Source: Spirochaetota bacterium (GTDB lineage Bacteria; Spirochaetota; GWE2-31-10; MWDO01). Taken from it: a stretch of 64,000 nucleotides of DNA. Positions 40,269-49,537 of this stretch are shown here, piece by piece. The notes under the pieces are model-generated. The model saw only the letters and a program-made list of their open reading frames with translations, searched no databases and had not been told where the DNA came from. Made by a program: the position numbers and the translations under genes. Location: positions 13,917 through 77,916 of the forward strand of contig JAVBQL010000018.1 in NCBI GenBank assembly GCA_031549085.1, written 5' to 3'. Each line of letters opens with the position of its first letter. The stretch's first letter is position 1.

Positions 40269-40682
40269 ATGGATGATAGAAAGATAGATGAGTCAGGTTT
40301 TAATCCTGTTGATAACATAAAGCTACCTCCAAAAACTTATAAAACTAATCATAAGGACTACTATGAAAGAAACAAGTCTAAAAGTATTAATCGAGCGAAT
40401 AATCATTACCATTTTTGGAAAAATACAGCTCAAAAAATAGCCAAAGTTTATGATGAATTTGTGAGAAAAATGGGTGTTGTTTTTGTTAGAAAAGGAAACC
40501 TCTGGGGCGTTATTAGTTTGGAGATGGATGAGTTGATTCCATGTGTATATGATAGCATTGTTTCTTATTCTGTTAAAACAGGAGTGGCTATTGTCTTATA
40601 TGAGGGTAGTTGCCGTACCGCCAATAAGGATGGTTTAATAGAGTCAGTTATTTCCAATGGGTTTAGGGATAATAAAAAATAA
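40269..40682 (+). CDS. small protein with a WG-type repeat
   Basis: KGNLWGVISLEMDELIPCVYDSI matches the WG-repeat consensus seen in the host gene at 7928. Confidence 0.35.
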   Translation: MDDRKIDESGFNPVDNIKLPPKTYKTNHKDYYERNKSKSINRANNHYHFWKNTAQKIAKVYDEFVRKMGVVFVRKGNLWGVISLEMDELIPCVYDSIVSYSVKTGVAIVLYEGSCRTANKDGLIESVISNGFRDNKK

Positions 40683-40717
40683 GTTGAGATTGAGTAGCTA
40701 AAAGGGAGGGTTATTTT

Positions 40718-41065
40718 ATGGACTCTAATAAAAAGAAAGCTGATGTAGTTGCTAATCTTGAGGTTTTTCAGACATTGATTAGTGATAGAACATCAAAAAT
40801 AGAGAGTTCTTCTGATTATGCAAATTCTAATTCACTTTTAGAATTTCAACAAGATTTAGGTAATTTTAGCTTAATAGATTTCATTGAGTTGCTGTGTAAA
40901 TGGCTATATGAGTTTAGAGAGGAGTTCTCTTCAAGTAATGTGGATTTGCTTTTTAGCTTTTTAATACAGAGAGCTAGAGAGTATAAGATGTCAGATGACT
41001 TATTCACAATGGTTTTAAGAACCTTTGATTTGTTATATTTCTATGATGGAGAGGCAGATAAGTAA
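40718..41065 (+). CDS. hypothetical protein
   Basis: 115-aa ORF. Confidence 0.3.
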   Translation: MDSNKKKADVVANLEVFQTLISDRTSKIESSSDYANSNSLLEFQQDLGNFSLIDFIELLCKWLYEFREEFSSSNVDLLFSFLIQRAREYKMSDDLFTMVLRTFDLLYFYDGEADK

Positions 41066-42053
41066 AGTGAAAAAAACTAAACTAAGATTTGATTGGAATG
41101 GAGATAATATTTTAGATAGAAAAACTATATTTTTGAATTGGTTGCATAGTAAATCTTCATACAAGTACAAAAGGTATTTGGGATCTCCTTTGAGATATGG
41201 TGGTGGAAAATCTTTAGCAGTTGGAAATATTATTGAGCTTTTACCAGAAAAAATAACAAAAGTTGTCAGTCCATTTATTGGTGGAGGTTCTGTTGAAATT
41301 GCAATTGCTAAAGAACTTGCTATACCAGTAATTGCTTATGATGTTTTTGATATGTTAGTTAACTATTGGCAAATACAAATTAGTAATCCTCAAGGATTAT
41401 ATGAATTTTTAACAAATCTCAAACCAACAAATGAAGAGTATGACAGAGTAAAGAAAGAACTTTCAAATCATTGGAATAAAAAAGATGGGTATTTAGGTGG
41501 ACTTGACGATTTGGAGAGAGCAGCGTACTATTTTTTTAATCATAATTTATCATATGGTCCTGGATTTTTAGGTTGGATGTCTTCTATATACAAAAATGAA
41601 AAAAGATATATTAGTATGATTGAAAAAGTGAGAGATTTCAAAATAGACAATATGCAAGTTTTTTGTGAAAATTTTGAGAATTCTATTTCTAAACATAATG
41701 AAGATTTTCTTTATTTAGATCCGCCATATTTTTTGGATGGAGATAGTAGGATGTTTAAAGGAATTTATCCTATGAGAAACTTTCCAATACATCATAACAA
41801 GTTTAGACACGATGTTTTGGCTGAATTACTAAAAAAACATAGAGGTGGCTTTATATTATCTTATAATGATTGTAGTTATGTGAGAGAAGCTTATAGAGAT
41901 TTCAATATTGTTGAGGTAGAGTGGCAGTATACAATGGGACAGGGAGAGACTCGCATTGGTAAAAACAGATTAGAACGTGAGTATGATAATGGGAATGTAA
42001 AATCATCACACGAACTATTAATTATAGGAGAAATAAAAAATGAAAATCTCTGA
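41025..42053 (+). CDS. dam: Dam-family N6-adenine DNA methyltransferase (D12 class), orphan
   Basis: Motifs YGGGKS (compare WAGGK), SPFIGGGSVEI, YLDPPYF (DPPY), about 45-aa N-terminal extension. No adjacent endonuclease. Confidence 0.8.
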   Translation: MICYISMMERQISKVKKTKLRFDWNGDNILDRKTIFLNWLHSKSSYKYKRYLGSPLRYGGGKSLAVGNIIELLPEKITKVVSPFIGGGSVEIAIAKELAIPVIAYDVFDMLVNYWQIQISNPQGLYEFLTNLKPTNEEYDRVKKELSNHWNKKDGYLGGLDDLERAAYYFFNHNLSYGPGFLGWMSSIYKNEKRYISMIEKVRDFKIDNMQVFCENFENSISKHNEDFLYLDPPYFLDGDSRMFKGIYPMRNFPIHHNKFRHDVLAELLKKHRGGFILSYNDCSYVREAYRDFNIVEVEWQYTMGQGETRIGKNRLEREYDNGNVKSSHELLIIGEIKNENL

Positions 42054-42153
42054 AGTAAAGACCGCTTTTAAAATTGCAGACAAGTTGTTATTAGAAGAAA
42101 TAGAGGTTGTAGAAATCTAAAAACAGGGGGTAATAGCATGACAACAGAAAAGA

Positions 42154-42516
42154 TTGAAAATGGTGATTTTGATGAGGAGGATATATGAGAAAACCTATAT
42201 ATATAGAATAGGTATCAAAATATATAGACTAATCCAAAATTGGATATTAGAAATAAAGCGAAGAAGGTTAATAAAAATATTAAGAGGATTAGGCTATAAC
42301 TGGTGGGGGAAATTAGCTAAAAAGTCAATCCTCTCTGCTTATGGAGTTATTATTAAAACTCAAGATCCCTGCACTAAAAAGTGGGGATATGTGTATAAAA
42401 ATGACAATTCTTTAGCAATTGACATAATATTTGATGAGATTGTTTGGTATGATCGAGGTTTGTGTTTAGGGTTGAGAGATGGAGAGATATTATATTCAAA
42501 TATTATGTCTAGATAA
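42154..42516 (+). CDS. hypothetical protein with WG-like motif
   Basis: ...TKKWGYVYKNDNSLAIDIIFDEI.... The true start is probably internal. Confidence 0.3.
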   Translation: MKMVILMRRIYEKTYIYRIGIKIYRLIQNWILEIKRRRLIKILRGLGYNWWGKLAKKSILSAYGVIIKTQDPCTKKWGYVYKNDNSLAIDIIFDEIVWYDRGLCLGLRDGEILYSNIMSR

Positions 42517-42605
42517 TTAATAGAAAAAACAAAGTGAAAAATTGACTACAATCACTTGTTAAGTGCTAGTAGTCAATATAAAGGATTTTTAAAGGGAGTA
42601 AAAGA

Positions 42606-42920
42606 ATGAAAGTATTTATCAGTAATGGATTAAGAGACAAAGAGAATCCAAAAGAGTATGTTGAGAGATGCAGAAAAGTAGTTGAAGAGGAGATGGCAAA
42701 GTTATTTCCAGATGAAACTATTGAGAGAATTGATACCTATTTTGAGGATTTTAATGGGAACAGACTACAATTTTTAGGTAAGTCAATTATGGAAGGGCTG
42801 GCGGTGTGTGATGTTGCTGTCTTTATGGATGATTGGCAATGGTTTGAAGGTTGTAGAAGTGAACATTTCATTGCAACACAGTATGGGATACCTTGCTATT
42901 ATTTTAGCACAAAGAATTAA
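42606..42920 (+). CDS. DUF4406-like (nucleoside 2-deoxyribosyltransferase-fold) protein
   Basis: MKVFISNG...LAVCDVAVFMDDWQWFEGCRSEHFIATQYGIPCYYF tracks the DUF4406 consensus (MKIYIAGPM...CDAIALLPGWE.S.GAR.E...A..LG.PV). Confidence 0.55.
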   Translation: MKVFISNGLRDKENPKEYVERCRKVVEEEMAKLFPDETIERIDTYFEDFNGNRLQFLGKSIMEGLAVCDVAVFMDDWQWFEGCRSEHFIATQYGIPCYYFSTKN

Positions 42921-42933
42921 GAAGTGGTGTCTA

Positions 42934-42965
42934 CCCAACTGAATTATCCATTCAGTTGGGTTTTT
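42934..42965 (+). terminator. intrinsic terminator
   Basis: CCCAACTGAAT-tatcc-ATTCAGTTGGG followed by TTTTT. Confidence 0.7.
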
Positions 42966-42992
42966 AAAAAGAGTTAAGGGAGATTAAGTACT

Positions 42993-43457
42993 ATGGGAGA
43001 TCTTAATATTAAGGATTATACAAGTTATGAGTATGTAAAAAGGAATCATTATGGTGTGGCTATTTTAAATATGGGAGGCTTACCTCACTTACATTTTTTA
43101 TTGGTAAACTACAGTGATAATGTTAATTCTTATCTTCTTTTACTGGATAGAGGGTTAGTATCTCAAACATTTTCTCATATGGAGGGTGGTAATTTTAAAG
43201 GAGACATACAAAATAGAGTAATAGAACTTGCAACTGAATACTATATGTCCTTTCAAGACTCTAAATTAGAACTAGAGAAGATAGTAAAAAAAGAAGTTTG
43301 GGATCTCTTTATAAATAAAAAGAAGCGTGTATTTATACAGGCATATAACAATGTAACTAAACATATAGAACAAACTGAAGCACGATGTTTTTTCATGTTT
43401 GATGGTTTTTTAGACACAGACGGAAAAGTTAAGCTAATAGAAGATATAAAGGAGTAA
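42993..43457 (+). CDS. hypothetical protein
   Basis: 154-aa ORF. Confidence 0.3.
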   Translation: MGDLNIKDYTSYEYVKRNHYGVAILNMGGLPHLHFLLVNYSDNVNSYLLLLDRGLVSQTFSHMEGGNFKGDIQNRVIELATEYYMSFQDSKLELEKIVKKEVWDLFINKKKRVFIQAYNNVTKHIEQTEARCFFMFDGFLDTDGKVKLIEDIKE

Positions 43458-43460
43458 GTT

Positions 43461-43862
43461 ATGAATTGGAAATATTTTTTAGGAATAGGATTAACTATTG
43501 GGATAATAGTATTTCTGCTTGCCTCTGGATTGTTCATACGTGGGTGTAAAAGCATAGCAATGTTTTCTGGAGATGTAGATGAAGCTTGGGCTGTTAGAGC
43601 TGATGCCAGTAGGAGATTACAAAACTATCATGAGTTTGAAGATATGTATAATCTCATAAAATCTAGTAAAGCTACATTAGTTCTAAGATTAGAGAATGGA
43701 GAAAAGCTTAAAGATTTAGCACCAGAGATTATGATCATCAATAATGATATGATTGCTAGGTATAATTCAAGGTCAAAGCAATATGATCGCAATATGTGGA
43801 AATCAGAGCATTTACCCTATCAGCTGGAGCTGATAAGTAGTATTGAAGATTTAAGAAAATAA
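43461..43862 (+). CDS. single-pass membrane protein (possible holin/spanin-type lysis component)
   Basis: N-terminal TM helix NWKYFLGIGLTIGIIVFLLASGLFI. Confidence 0.3.
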   Translation: MNWKYFLGIGLTIGIIVFLLASGLFIRGCKSIAMFSGDVDEAWAVRADASRRLQNYHEFEDMYNLIKSSKATLVLRLENGEKLKDLAPEIMIINNDMIARYNSRSKQYDRNMWKSEHLPYQLELISSIEDLRK

Positions 43863-43879
43863 GTCTAAAGGAGTTATAA

Positions 43880-44011
43880 ATGTCAATAGAAAAAACTGAG
43901 AATGGTGATTATGTAATCGCTTGGCTTGAAGAGGCACAAGAAATCACTAATCCAAATCAAGTAATAGATGATTTATTTGATCATATTAATAGTGGTAAAA
44001 GGAAAACATAA
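43880..44011 (+). CDS. small ORF (43 aa) starting MSIEK
   Basis: Not in the ORF track (<60 aa). Shares the 14-nt start ATGTCAATAGAAAA with the next gene. Confidence 0.2.
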   Translation: MSIEKTENGDYVIAWLEEAQEITNPNQVIDDLFDHINSGKRKT

Positions 44012-44012
44012 T

Positions 44013-44213
44013 ATGTCAATAGAAAAGATGAATTATAATCATTATGATTTATTTTGTAATGAATGTGGAGAACTGATAGAGGGTGGGTTTGAGAGCTTTG
44101 ATGATGTTGTAAGATGGAAAAAGAACAATAAACATTTATGTAAATCAGTGAAATCTCCAAGTGGAGAATGGAGTGATCATTGTGACGAATGTATGGATAA
44201 GTTAAAAAATTAA
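44013..44213 (+). CDS. small zinc-ribbon protein
   Basis: CNEC...(31)...C...HCDEC: two CxxC pairs. Internal MSIEK start preferred over ORF-track 43968. Confidence 0.35.
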   Translation: MSIEKMNYNHYDLFCNECGELIEGGFESFDDVVRWKKNNKHLCKSVKSPSGEWSDHCDECMDKLKN

Positions 44214-44222
44214 GGAGAGAAT

Positions 44223-44720
44223 ATGAAAAGAATATTTTTATTAATAGTGCTTCTCGTTGGGATATTATTTATCAATGCAAAATGTGAGTTAGATGAAACA
44301 AGTTATATCTCAAATAAGAGTATTGAATATGACTCAAGAAAAAAGGTTGAAGTTCCAAAAAATGAGTATTTTATTGAAAGGGAGAAGGTTGCTGAATGGT
44401 TTAAAAATTGGGATAGCCCTAGTAAAATATCTTATTTATATATTTTTACTCAACAAGGATGTATTGGATATTTTGTTGTAAGTGGAAAACCTGTGTCTAA
44501 TAGATCTTATTTATTACCTGAATATATTTATGATGGGCATACTAATTATGGTTTTGAAAAACAAGCACCATCTCTTGATGGAACTTATGGTGAGGATTTA
44601 TATGGAATAAGATTCAAGTCTGCAAATGGAGTATGGCATGAGTTTGGCGGTATGAACTTTAGTTACATATATGCAGACAAACCAATTACAAGTTTAAGTA
44701 AAAATTTATTAGGAGATTAA
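44223..44720 (+). CDS. lipoprotein / secreted protein
   Basis: Signal peptide LLIVLLVGILFINAKC. Confidence 0.35.
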   Translation: MKRIFLLIVLLVGILFINAKCELDETSYISNKSIEYDSRKKVEVPKNEYFIEREKVAEWFKNWDSPSKISYLYIFTQQGCIGYFVVSGKPVSNRSYLLPEYIYDGHTNYGFEKQAPSLDGTYGEDLYGIRFKSANGVWHEFGGMNFSYIYADKPITSLSKNLLGD

Positions 44721-44722
44721 AT

Positions 44723-44908
44723 ATGCGTTTATATGGAACAGACGATGGTAAACCAACTGAAGAAATGAAAGAGAATCTGTTAAATGATGCTCTGTCAGAT
44801 TTGGAAGAATTCAAGGATCATATAGAGATAGATGAAGAAAGTGCAGAACCAACAAACGATGATGATGTAGAAATATATAATGCTGTTTGTCAAGCTACTT
44901 TATTTTAG
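44723..44908 (+). CDS. small acidic protein
   Basis: 61 aa, Asp/Glu-rich. Confidence 0.25.
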   Translation: MRLYGTDDGKPTEEMKENLLNDALSDLEEFKDHIEIDEESAEPTNDDDVEIYNAVCQATLF

Positions 44909-44963
44909 AAGAGGCAATAGATAAGCTTCAGGATAGAAAAAAGTAAATATTTAGGGAGGAAGT

Positions 44964-45521
44964 ATGAAAGTCTTTAGTAGATTATCATTAAGGTTATGGT
45001 TGCCAATCAAATTAGTTTTGAGTGGCCTTTTTGACTACAGGAGATATAAGGTTGAAGAAGAGATAAACTTCATGGAAAGGTCATCTCTTAATCCGCATAA
45101 AATAGATTGGAGTAGAAAAGGGTTATATAGAGATGATAAGCTTTTTGGAAAAACCCAATTTGATTGGCAACTGGACGCTATCAATCTATTTGTTAGAGGT
45201 GGGGATTGCAACTCTATCCATCGTCTTTGGCAGGTGTGGTATCATATTCAGGGCTACACTGCTTATCTAATCACTTTAAAAACAAAGCCATTTAAAAATA
45301 GTCACTCCTTTGTTGTTTTTCAAAAGCCATTAGATAATGGTGCAATAAAGTGGTTTATGAGTGATTATGGGGATGAGATAGAACTTGATTCTAGTTTTAA
45401 TGTGGCACTCACAAAGTTAAAAGAGATCTACCCAAAGTTAGATAAAAGCTATACAAAAGGTGTCCAAATAAAAGCAATGGCTTTGCAGGACATAAACTTC
45501 AAAGTCATCAAAGTTGTTTAA
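44964..45521 (+). CDS. possible papain-fold cysteine peptidase (NlpC/P60- or CHAP-like), candidate endolysin
   Basis: GGDCNSIHRLW (Cys) followed about 45 aa later by NSHSFVVF (His), resembling the Cys...His spacing of NlpC/P60 or CHAP domains. Weak. Confidence 0.25.
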   Translation: MKVFSRLSLRLWLPIKLVLSGLFDYRRYKVEEEINFMERSSLNPHKIDWSRKGLYRDDKLFGKTQFDWQLDAINLFVRGGDCNSIHRLWQVWYHIQGYTAYLITLKTKPFKNSHSFVVFQKPLDNGAIKWFMSDYGDEIELDSSFNVALTKLKEIYPKLDKSYTKGVQIKAMALQDINFKVIKVV

Positions 45522-45544
45522 TTAAAAAATGTTTAGTAGGGAGA

Positions 45545-45934
45545 GTGTCTGCTATGGGTGAGAAAAAAATTGTAGAAGTTGATTCTATGTTTGATTCAGA
45601 TGAGTCTCTCTTTAATAAAGATGACTTCGGAGGCGGAGTTTTAAGCTCTACCATAGATGAGATAACGAAACTCTCGAATGCTAACTTTAGTATGATGGTG
45701 GCTCAATCACTAGAGTGCAATAATAAAGAGATTATGAAGATATTAAATCCACCTTTCTATAGTTTGATTCATGCAGTCACTCATTTGGCTCTATTCGATA
45801 ATACCTACCCTAATCCATCTCTAAAAGAAAAGTTAGCTCTTGTTAAAAAAGAGCTAACTAGTTTTACTGCTGTTTTAGAATTAGTGTGTGAGACTGAAAA
45901 TAAGTTGTCTCAACTTACAGAGGATAAAGTATGA
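45545..45934 (+). CDS. hypothetical protein
   Basis: 129-aa ORF. Confidence 0.3.
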   Translation: MSAMGEKKIVEVDSMFDSDESLFNKDDFGGGVLSSTIDEITKLSNANFSMMVAQSLECNNKEIMKILNPPFYSLIHAVTHLALFDNTYPNPSLKEKLALVKKELTSFTAVLELVCETENKLSQLTEDKV

Positions 45935-46007
45935 GAACAAGATTAACATTTAAGTTTCTTTTCTGGCTTGAAGGTATAGTTCATAGATTAATAGCAAGGA
46001 TATTTAA

Positions 46008-46964
46008 GTGAAAATTATAGTAGTTGGAGATCCACATTTCTGGGATAGAGATATTTCAAGCAGATGTGATAACTATCAAGACACTTCAATCAATAAGTTA
46101 AAACAAGTTGTAGAGTATCAAAAAAGATATCAAGTGGATTGTGTAATCTTTTTGGGGGACTTTTTTCATGCTCCCCTAACCTCCAAAGAGTATTTAAATG
46201 AGTTGGTTTTGGAACTTAAAAAGTTTCAGTGTCCATTGTACACACTAGTCGGAAATCATAGGGGCGATCAGTCTTATAAAGATTGGAGGTCTTTTGAAAA
46301 GAAAGATTTAGGGACTCTAGTTTTCACTGGTGTTTTAAATATTTTATTAGCATATGAGAGTAGCAATGGGTCTATTGTAGGTATGTCAGCTTATGAAACT
46401 TTATATGATGTTCTATTTGAGATGAATAGATACACCGAGACAACCAAGCCAATTAAAAATGAAGCTATACATATTTTAGCTTGCCACCACTTTATAAAAG
46501 GCAGTGGCTCTTCTTTTGAGGATGATTTAATTTTAGATGTCTCAGAAGTTAAACAAACTTTTCCTAATCTCAAATATATTCTGGCAGGCCATGATCATGC
46601 AAAGTATGATACAAAAATAATTGATGGAGTTAAGATAATACGACCTGGAAGTTTGATGAGAACATCATCAGCTGGGGATCAAGATAGAAATATATGTGTT
46701 GCTTATCTTGATACAGATATGGATATAGTTGAATATCTACCTATCTCTTCTTTAGCTTATAAATCTCTTTTTGTTAACAAGGATCATAAAAAAGATATTC
46801 AAGATAAAATGATGATAGATCAAATTGTATCTAATTTTTCAAACGGTGACAATTTAGATACAATTATGGCAGAGGATTTATTAAAGGAGTCGGTTGAACA
46901 GATTGATAATCTGGAAATCAGAGACTATATAAAAAGTATTTTAAGAAGTATGGGGGTTATTTAG
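46008..46964 (+). CDS. Mre11/SbcD-like calcineurin-fold phosphoesterase (GTG start)
   Basis: Metallophosphatase motifs GDPHF, GDFFH, GNHR, ACHH, GHDHAK in canonical order. Confidence 0.65.
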   Translation: MKIIVVGDPHFWDRDISSRCDNYQDTSINKLKQVVEYQKRYQVDCVIFLGDFFHAPLTSKEYLNELVLELKKFQCPLYTLVGNHRGDQSYKDWRSFEKKDLGTLVFTGVLNILLAYESSNGSIVGMSAYETLYDVLFEMNRYTETTKPIKNEAIHILACHHFIKGSGSSFEDDLILDVSEVKQTFPNLKYILAGHDHAKYDTKIIDGVKIIRPGSLMRTSSAGDQDRNICVAYLDTDMDIVEYLPISSLAYKSLFVNKDHKKDIQDKMMIDQIVSNFSNGDNLDTIMAEDLLKESVEQIDNLEIRDYIKSILRSMGVI

Positions 46965-46966
46965 TT

Positions 46967-47422
46967 ATGTCTATCTGGGACACTTTTGAAAAAGATATGC
47001 GTGGAGATTCTTATGAGTCTAATTGTGAAAAGTATTTTGATAAGGCCACTTCCTATATGAAGAATAGATGTTACAAACAGGATGCCTTTTATTTCAATGA
47101 TTTTAGTTTCTATAAGAATTCAAGCACTCTACTTCTAAAAAGTTTTAATATGTCCATCAGCAGTTTCTATGGTATGCGTAATAGTAAAATATGGAACAAT
47201 AAAGAGTTTGTCTGTTTTTATGATGGAGATAAAGAACCTACTCAACAAGAGAAAGAACGTCTCTGTCTGCCTAGCAGGAACAATCTAAAAATTAACAAAG
47301 CAAACCCGCTATCTTTTTATGTCTTATTCAAACGAATGATAAAAGCATTAGCTTTTATGGATTCAGTACCAGCAGATAAGATACTAGAGAGTATTTATGG
47401 TACTAGTATCAATTTAAATTAG
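46967..47422 (+). CDS. hypothetical protein
   Basis: 151-aa ORF. Confidence 0.3.
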   Translation: MSIWDTFEKDMRGDSYESNCEKYFDKATSYMKNRCYKQDAFYFNDFSFYKNSSTLLLKSFNMSISSFYGMRNSKIWNNKEFVCFYDGDKEPTQQEKERLCLPSRNNLKINKANPLSFYVLFKRMIKALAFMDSVPADKILESIYGTSINLN

Positions 47423-47432
47423 GAGCATAACA

Positions 47433-48839
47433 GTGTCAGATAGTCAAAAAAATGAAGTTCCCTTAGATGATAAGGGTTTTGATTTTGATCTCATTGATGA
47501 GTCCGAAAATGTAGAGATTTCTGTAGGAGAGGTTAAGACTGACCAAGCTTTTTGGAAAATAGATAGGCTGGCTCTTCTCAAGTTCCTATCGGTTGTGGAA
47601 CAATTCCCAACCAATACTTTCATCTATTTTTCTATAAATCAAATTGTTGATGGTTCCAAGGCTTATCTAAAATTTATGGCTAGTAATAGAGACTATCACA
47701 TAGTGCAAAGGTTTCCAATTTTAAATGCCAACTACTTTGTTACAGATCAAGTATTCTATGTACGGGATAAGGTTTTTACGCATCTAGTTAAATCCTATTC
47801 AGATTTCATTTTGCTTTATGCTAATCAAAGTAATCTTATTTTCTTTAATAACTATATAGATTGCAAGCTTGACAATCTCACTTTAAATATTAAAGATTAT
47901 GATCTGCTTATCCCAGATGCTATTTATAAATCACATGATGAGTTTATTTTAGATAAAAGGCTAGCTATGTCTATCAGACAGTTGCTTGCTTTTTCTCTAA
48001 AAGCATCAGACAATAAGATTCTATTTTCAGAAAGTGTGGTTAGAGGTTTCTTTTCTACCTATGCTTTTAAGTACTCTTTTAGCACAGATAAGTTTAAAAA
48101 TCCTTTTATAATGCGTAAACTTGATATATCCGCTTTAGTTCCTTTGCTGGAGTATGAAAATATTCATATAGCTCTTATGAATGATAGAGTCTGGTTTAGG
48201 CTAGATGATACAGGCTACTTCTCCTTTCTCAAATCTAATTTAGAGAGCCCAATGGAGATAAAACAAGATGATTCAAGGTCTATTGGTAAAATTCTAATAG
48301 ATTTAACTTTAATGAAAAAAGCTTTGTTAGTTTCTGGCTTTTTAAACTCCAATATCTTAAAGTTTGAGTCAGTTGGAGACAGCATCATTCTAAATGCTAA
48401 TGATACAACAAAGTTTTCTATAGGGAGCGGCTCTATTTCAGAGCCTTGTAGTCTGTCTATTGATGTCTTTAAAAAGATAATCTTTTTAATTCCAGACTAC
48501 CTAGCTCAATTTACTATTGAGGTCTATGAGAAAGGCTTTTTTATAATGATTGGCAATCAAACAGATTCCTTTAGGTTGGAGTATTTTGTTAGCAAAATCA
48601 ACTCTAATCAGCTTCAAAAAAAGCAGGGAACAGATGTTAAAACAAACGTAGTTGCTAACACACCACAGGTTAAACAATCTACAGATACTATTCAAAATAG
48701 AGTAGCTAATAATTCAGAGTCTAACTTCTTTTCAGGCAGTGACACTACTCCAAGTACATCTTTAAGTGATAAAGATGTAGAAACGAATGTCTCATTAAGT
48801 GATGAGTTAAACGAAATGCTTGGGGATTCTGGAGGGTAG
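47433..48839 (+). CDS. DnaN-like sliding clamp (beta clamp) with low-complexity C-terminal tail (GTG start)
   Basis: About 370-aa core whose three-domain periodicity and patterns (KIDRLALLKFLSVV..., ...MRKLDISALVPLLEY...VWFRLDD...) resemble DnaN. A clamp-loader gene lies 2.7 kb downstream. Confidence 0.45.
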   Translation: MSDSQKNEVPLDDKGFDFDLIDESENVEISVGEVKTDQAFWKIDRLALLKFLSVVEQFPTNTFIYFSINQIVDGSKAYLKFMASNRDYHIVQRFPILNANYFVTDQVFYVRDKVFTHLVKSYSDFILLYANQSNLIFFNNYIDCKLDNLTLNIKDYDLLIPDAIYKSHDEFILDKRLAMSIRQLLAFSLKASDNKILFSESVVRGFFSTYAFKYSFSTDKFKNPFIMRKLDISALVPLLEYENIHIALMNDRVWFRLDDTGYFSFLKSNLESPMEIKQDDSRSIGKILIDLTLMKKALLVSGFLNSNILKFESVGDSIILNANDTTKFSIGSGSISEPCSLSIDVFKKIIFLIPDYLAQFTIEVYEKGFFIMIGNQTDSFRLEYFVSKINSNQLQKKQGTDVKTNVVANTPQVKQSTDTIQNRVANNSESNFFSGSDTTPSTSLSDKDVETNVSLSDELNEMLGDSGG

Positions 48840-49472
48840 ATGTTAGATTTTTATTGCTCACTACCAAAAATAAATACCTTTGATTTCTATATAAAAGGTT
48901 ACACAGAGGTTCTAGAGTTAGTTAGGGGGGTTAGACTAGTCCCTAATAGGGATTTTCTAACCTCATTAGATAAAAGATGGGAAGACTATTTTTATTCTCT
49001 ACCCTTTCCTTACTATTTTATTCCAATTTTTATTGGTTACAAGTGCATTGGTTTTATTCTTAAGGGGGAAGCTAAAAAAACTATAAAGTATTCAGTTGGT
49101 ATTAATGCTTTTAATTTAGATGCAGTCTATTCCAATCTACCTTTTGTTATTTTAGTTGAAGGCATTAAGGATGCTTATGTGTTCTTGCAGGCTGGTCTAC
49201 CTACCATTGCTATACTTACAAATATAGCTTCGCCAGATTTACTGGATTTTATTAAAAAGCATAATAAAAAGATTATCTTTATCCCTGATAATGACTCCGC
49301 TGGAGAGAGTGGTCTACATAGAATGAAAGAGAGATTACAGGGTAACTTTATGAGTTGGAAGTGGAAAGAGTTTAAGGATAGTGGTGATTATTTTAATGAA
49401 CAGTTATCAGGTAAGGTCATTAGAGAGAGTGATAGATGTATAAAGTTTATTCATCAAGCTTTTAGTGTCTAG
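48840..49472 (+). CDS. Toprim-domain protein (DnaG-type primase catalytic core?)
   Basis: Conserved Glu in ILVEGIKD and DxD in IFIPDNDSAGESG. No zinc-finger domain in this ORF. Confidence 0.5.
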   Translation: MLDFYCSLPKINTFDFYIKGYTEVLELVRGVRLVPNRDFLTSLDKRWEDYFYSLPFPYYFIPIFIGYKCIGFILKGEAKKTIKYSVGINAFNLDAVYSNLPFVILVEGIKDAYVFLQAGLPTIAILTNIASPDLLDFIKKHNKKIIFIPDNDSAGESGLHRMKERLQGNFMSWKWKEFKDSGDYFNEQLSGKVIRESDRCIKFIHQAFSV

Positions 49473-49537
49473 TAAATCAGCACAAACCTGAAATCTATGT
49501 TATAGTATTGCATACTTGATTTTATAAGGGGTTACTT

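Noticed and set aside
42541-42578. Inverted repeat TTGACTAC...GTAGTCAA with a TTGACT box upstream of the DUF4406 gene as a promoter/operator
   Set aside because: The spacing to any -10-like hexamer is about 30 nt and the stem is only 8 bp. This is insufficient to call.
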